Origin: Acidimicrobiia bacterium
Lineage (GTDB): Bacteria > Actinomycetota > Acidimicrobiia > Spongiisociales > SHLN01
DNA: 28,057 nucleotides
Direction: 5' to 3'
Assembly: GCA_013043085.1 (NCBI GenBank)
Contig: JABDOU010000283.1
Location: 1 to 28,057 of the forward strand
Below, piece by piece: positions 25,691 to 28,057 of this stretch (its first letter is position 1; each line of letters opens with the position of its first letter). A program made the position numbers and the translations under genes. The notes below the pieces were generated by a model. The model had not been told where the DNA came from, ran no database searches, and saw nothing but the letters and a program-made list of their open reading frames with translations.

Positions 25691-27229
25691 CTAACCGCCC
25701 TGTAGGAGGCGTTGCATCGCCTCTTTGTCGTTGCAACGTTCGAGCGCAAGTTCTCGAGTGATCTTGCCCTGTTTGGTCATCGCGGCCAGCGCCATGTCCA
25801 TCGTCTGCATTCCGTACTTGCCACCTGCCTGAATGGCGCTCGGGATCTGGTGGACCTTGCCATCGCGTACGAGGTTCCGGATCGCCGACGTTGCAATCAT
25901 GACCTCGACTGCCGCGATCCGACCCTTGCCGTCAACGGTAGGGAGCAACTGTTGGGACAAAACGGCCTGCAGCGAACCGGCCAACATCACACGAACCTGA
26001 GATTGCTGATGCGCTGGAAACACATCGATGATTCGCTCTATGGATTGAGGTGCACTTTGGGTATGGAGAGTTCCAAAGACAAGGTGTCCTGTTTCGGCTG
26101 CGGTCAAGGCAGCGCCGATGGTTTCGAGATCTCGCATCTCACCCACCAGGATCACGTCCGGATCCTGCCGCAAGATGTGCTTGAGCGCCTGGTTGAAGCC
26201 GAGCGTGTCAGTTCCGACCTCACGTTGATTCACGATGCTCTTCTTGTGCCGGTGCAAGAACTCGATCGGATCCTCAACAGTGATGATGTGACTCGCCCGC
26301 TCCGTGTTGATCAGGTTGATGATCGACGCCAACGACGTGGACTTACCTGACCCGGTCGGGCCGGTCACGAGAACCAGACCACGATGCAAGTGCGCAAGTG
26401 AGTTGACCGCAGCAGGCATGCCGAGCTCATCGGGATTCTTGATCTCATTGGGAATGGAACGCAGAACCGCCGCTACCGAATCACGCTGGAAGAACACGTT
26501 GACACGAAATCGTCCACGGCCAGGGAGTGGATGGGAAGTGTCCAGCTCTCGAGTTTCCTCGAAGCGAGTTCTCTGCTCGGCCGTGAGGATGTCGTACAGG
26601 ATCCGGCGAAGCTCAGCCGGCATCAGAATGTCGAATCCCTCCATCGGCTCCAGGGACCCGTGAACGCGCACCATGGGCGGCGAACCGGCGGTCAGGTGAA
26701 GGTCGGAACCCTGCTTTTCGATCAACAACTCGAGGAAATCGTTGAGATGTACCTGCTCGGCGATTTCTGTGCGTATACGTCTCGGCTCCTCGTCGAGCCC
26801 CATGAAGAATGAATTGAGCATCTCGTCGATACCCGTCTGGCTGGCAAGCGCCATGGTTACAGCCGAGCCACATACGGTCTCGAGGCTGGTTTGGATGTCT
26901 CGTACAAACGGGTTGGCAACCGCCACAATGACGCGGCCATCTTCTACTTTGATAGGAATCGCATTGAAGCGATGTGCCGTGTCGGGATCGAGCCTGGACA
27001 CTGCCTCGGGCTGAAGCACCTCATTCTGCACGTCGACATACCTCATCCCGATCCGATCTGCGACCGTAGCGAGCAGATCCCCAGGTGACACGTGGCCGTT
27101 TTGCAGAAGGATTCGTGCAAGAGGAACGTCCGTGTCCTTTTCCTGCACGTACAGGGCTTCGAGCACGTCACGGCTCAGCAGTCTCTTATCGACGAGTGAT
27201 TCGCCGATTTGTTTGGAAACCCTGTTCAC
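25691..27229 (-). CDS. pilT: Type IV pilus retraction ATPase PilT with an extra PilB-like N-terminal region (512 aa)
   Basis: Core motifs GSDLHL, Walker [17 protein letters not shown], Walker [14 protein letters not shown] and the PilT signature AIRNLVRD. No tetracysteine Zn motif. About 150 extra N-terminal residues. GTGA overlap with pilB. Confidence 0.93.
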   Translation of the reverse strand: MNRVSKQIGESLVDKRLLSRDVLEALYVQEKDTDVPLARILLQNGHVSPGDLLATVADRIGMRYVDVQNEVLQPEAVSRLDPDTAHRFNAIPIKVEDGRVIVAVANPFVRDIQTSLETVCGSAVTMALASQTGIDEMLNSFFMGLDEEPRRIRTEIAEQVHLNDFLELLIEKQGSDLHLTAGSPPMVRVHGSLEPMEGFDILMPAELRRILYDILTAEQRTRFEETRELDTSHPLPGRGRFRVNVFFQRDSVAAVLRSIPNEIKNPDELGMPAAVNSLAHLHRGLVLVTGPTGSGKSTSLASIINLINTERASHIITVEDPIEFLHRHKKSIVNQREVGTDTLGFNQALKHILRQDPDVILVGEMRDLETIGAALTAAETGHLVFGTLHTQSAPQSIERIIDVFPAHQQSQVRVMLAGSLQAVLSQQLLPTVDGKGRIAAVEVMIATSAIRNLVRDGKVHQIPSAIQAGGKYGMQTMDMALAAMTKQGKITRELALERCNDKEAMQRLLQGG

Positions 27230-28057
27230 GCCACGACTCTCATGATCTCTTCGATGGACGTCATGCCCTTGCGAACCTTTGTCATACCGTCATCCCACAG
27301 TTCGAGCATGCCTTGCTCTTTGGCGACGACTTTGATTTCGTTCGAAGGGCGGTTCTCGACGGCCATGCGGCGAATCTCGTCGGATATGAGCATGACCTCG
27401 TGCAATGCCAATCGCCCGCGGTAACCGTTCGAACAAGCACCACATCCCTTCGGATCAGCGGCATACATCTGCGAGGCGGTGGCTTTCTCGATCTCCTCAT
27501 CGGCCCATCTGGCTTTGACGAGCACATCCTTGTCAGGCGAATACTCGACCTTGCACTTCTTGCACAGGCGTCTCGCGAGACGTTGGCCGAGCACAGCGTC
27601 GAGAGAGGATGAAACCAGATAAGGTTCAACACCCATTTCAATGAGGCGGCCGATGCTCGATGGGGCATCGTTGGTGTGCAGGGTTGAAAGCACGAGGTGA
27701 CCGGTCAGGGCAGCTTCGATTGCGATCTGCGCCGTCTCGTGGTCACGAATCTCACCAACAAGGGCAATGTCAGGGTCAGAACGCAGGATTGAACGCAAAG
27801 CGGTGGCAAAGGTCAATCCGGCCTTCTTGTTGACCTGGACCTGAGTTATCCCCTCCAGGCGATACTCAACCGGATCTTCTGTGGTGATGATGTTGACTTC
27901 GGGTTTGTTCAACACGTTGAGCGTGGCGTACAGGGTGGTGGACTTACCGGAACCGGTCGGGCCCGTGACGAGAATCGCGCCATAAGGCTTCGTGTAGGCC
28001 GACTCGAATCGAGCAAGCGTTTGCGGCAGGAAACCGAGATCCACCAGCTCCAACAAC
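27226..28057 (-). CDS. pilB: Type IV pilus assembly ATPase PilB, C-terminal part (start outside the window)
   Basis: [42 protein letters not shown], Zn motif RRLCKKC...GCGAC and GYRGR. Confidence 0.95.
   Translation of the reverse strand, partial: LLELVDLGFLPQTLARFESAYTKPYGAILVTGPTGSGKSTTLYATLNVLNKPEVNIITTEDPVEYRLEGITQVQVNKKAGLTFATALRSILRSDPDIALVGEIRDHETAQIAIEAALTGHLVLSTLHTNDAPSSIGRLIEMGVEPYLVSSSLDAVLGQRLARRLCKKCKVEYSPDKDVLVKARWADEEIEKATASQMYAADPKGCGACSNGYRGRLALHEVMLISDEIRRMAVENRPSNEIKVVAKEQGMLELWDDGMTKVRKGMTSIEEIMRVVA

Noticed and set aside
1-28057. Mobile elements, rRNA, tRNA, defence systems
   Set aside because: No transposase, integrase, terminal inverted repeats or RNA-gene signatures; nearly all sequence is explained by housekeeping and pilus genes.

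Overview
GC-rich bacterial chromosome segment with every supported gene on the minus strand. It is probably Actinomycetota, possibly Acidimicrobiia; this is inferred from the mIHF-type domain, actinobacterial-type RpoZ and LeuA, and the gene order. In transcription order (right to left): a type IVa pilus locus (pilB partial, pilT, pilC, two tandem pilins, pilD, pilM, pilN, pilO, a PilP-like gene), aroC-aroB, leuA with a Leu-rich leader, efp-nusB, the pyr operon (pyrR, pyrB, pyrC, a 31-codon bridging ORF, carA, carB, pyrD, pyrF), a fused mIHF-guanylate kinase gene, rpoZ, coaBC, priA, def and fmt (partial, absent from the ORF track). No tRNA, rRNA, CRISPR array or mobile element was seen. The most unusual signals are: (1) a PilT retraction ATPase carrying a PilB-like N-terminal region with degenerate MshEN-like repeats; (2) matching sigma28/WhiG-like promoters in front of both pilins; (3) the mIHF-Gmk fusion; (4) a leucine leader/attenuator whose hairpin loop is an anti-Shine-Dalgarno; (5) a small ORF coupled by ATGA overlaps at both ends between pyrC and carA; (6) structured, repeated DNA between pilC and the major pilin. 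All calls come from reading motifs by eye; no database searches were run.
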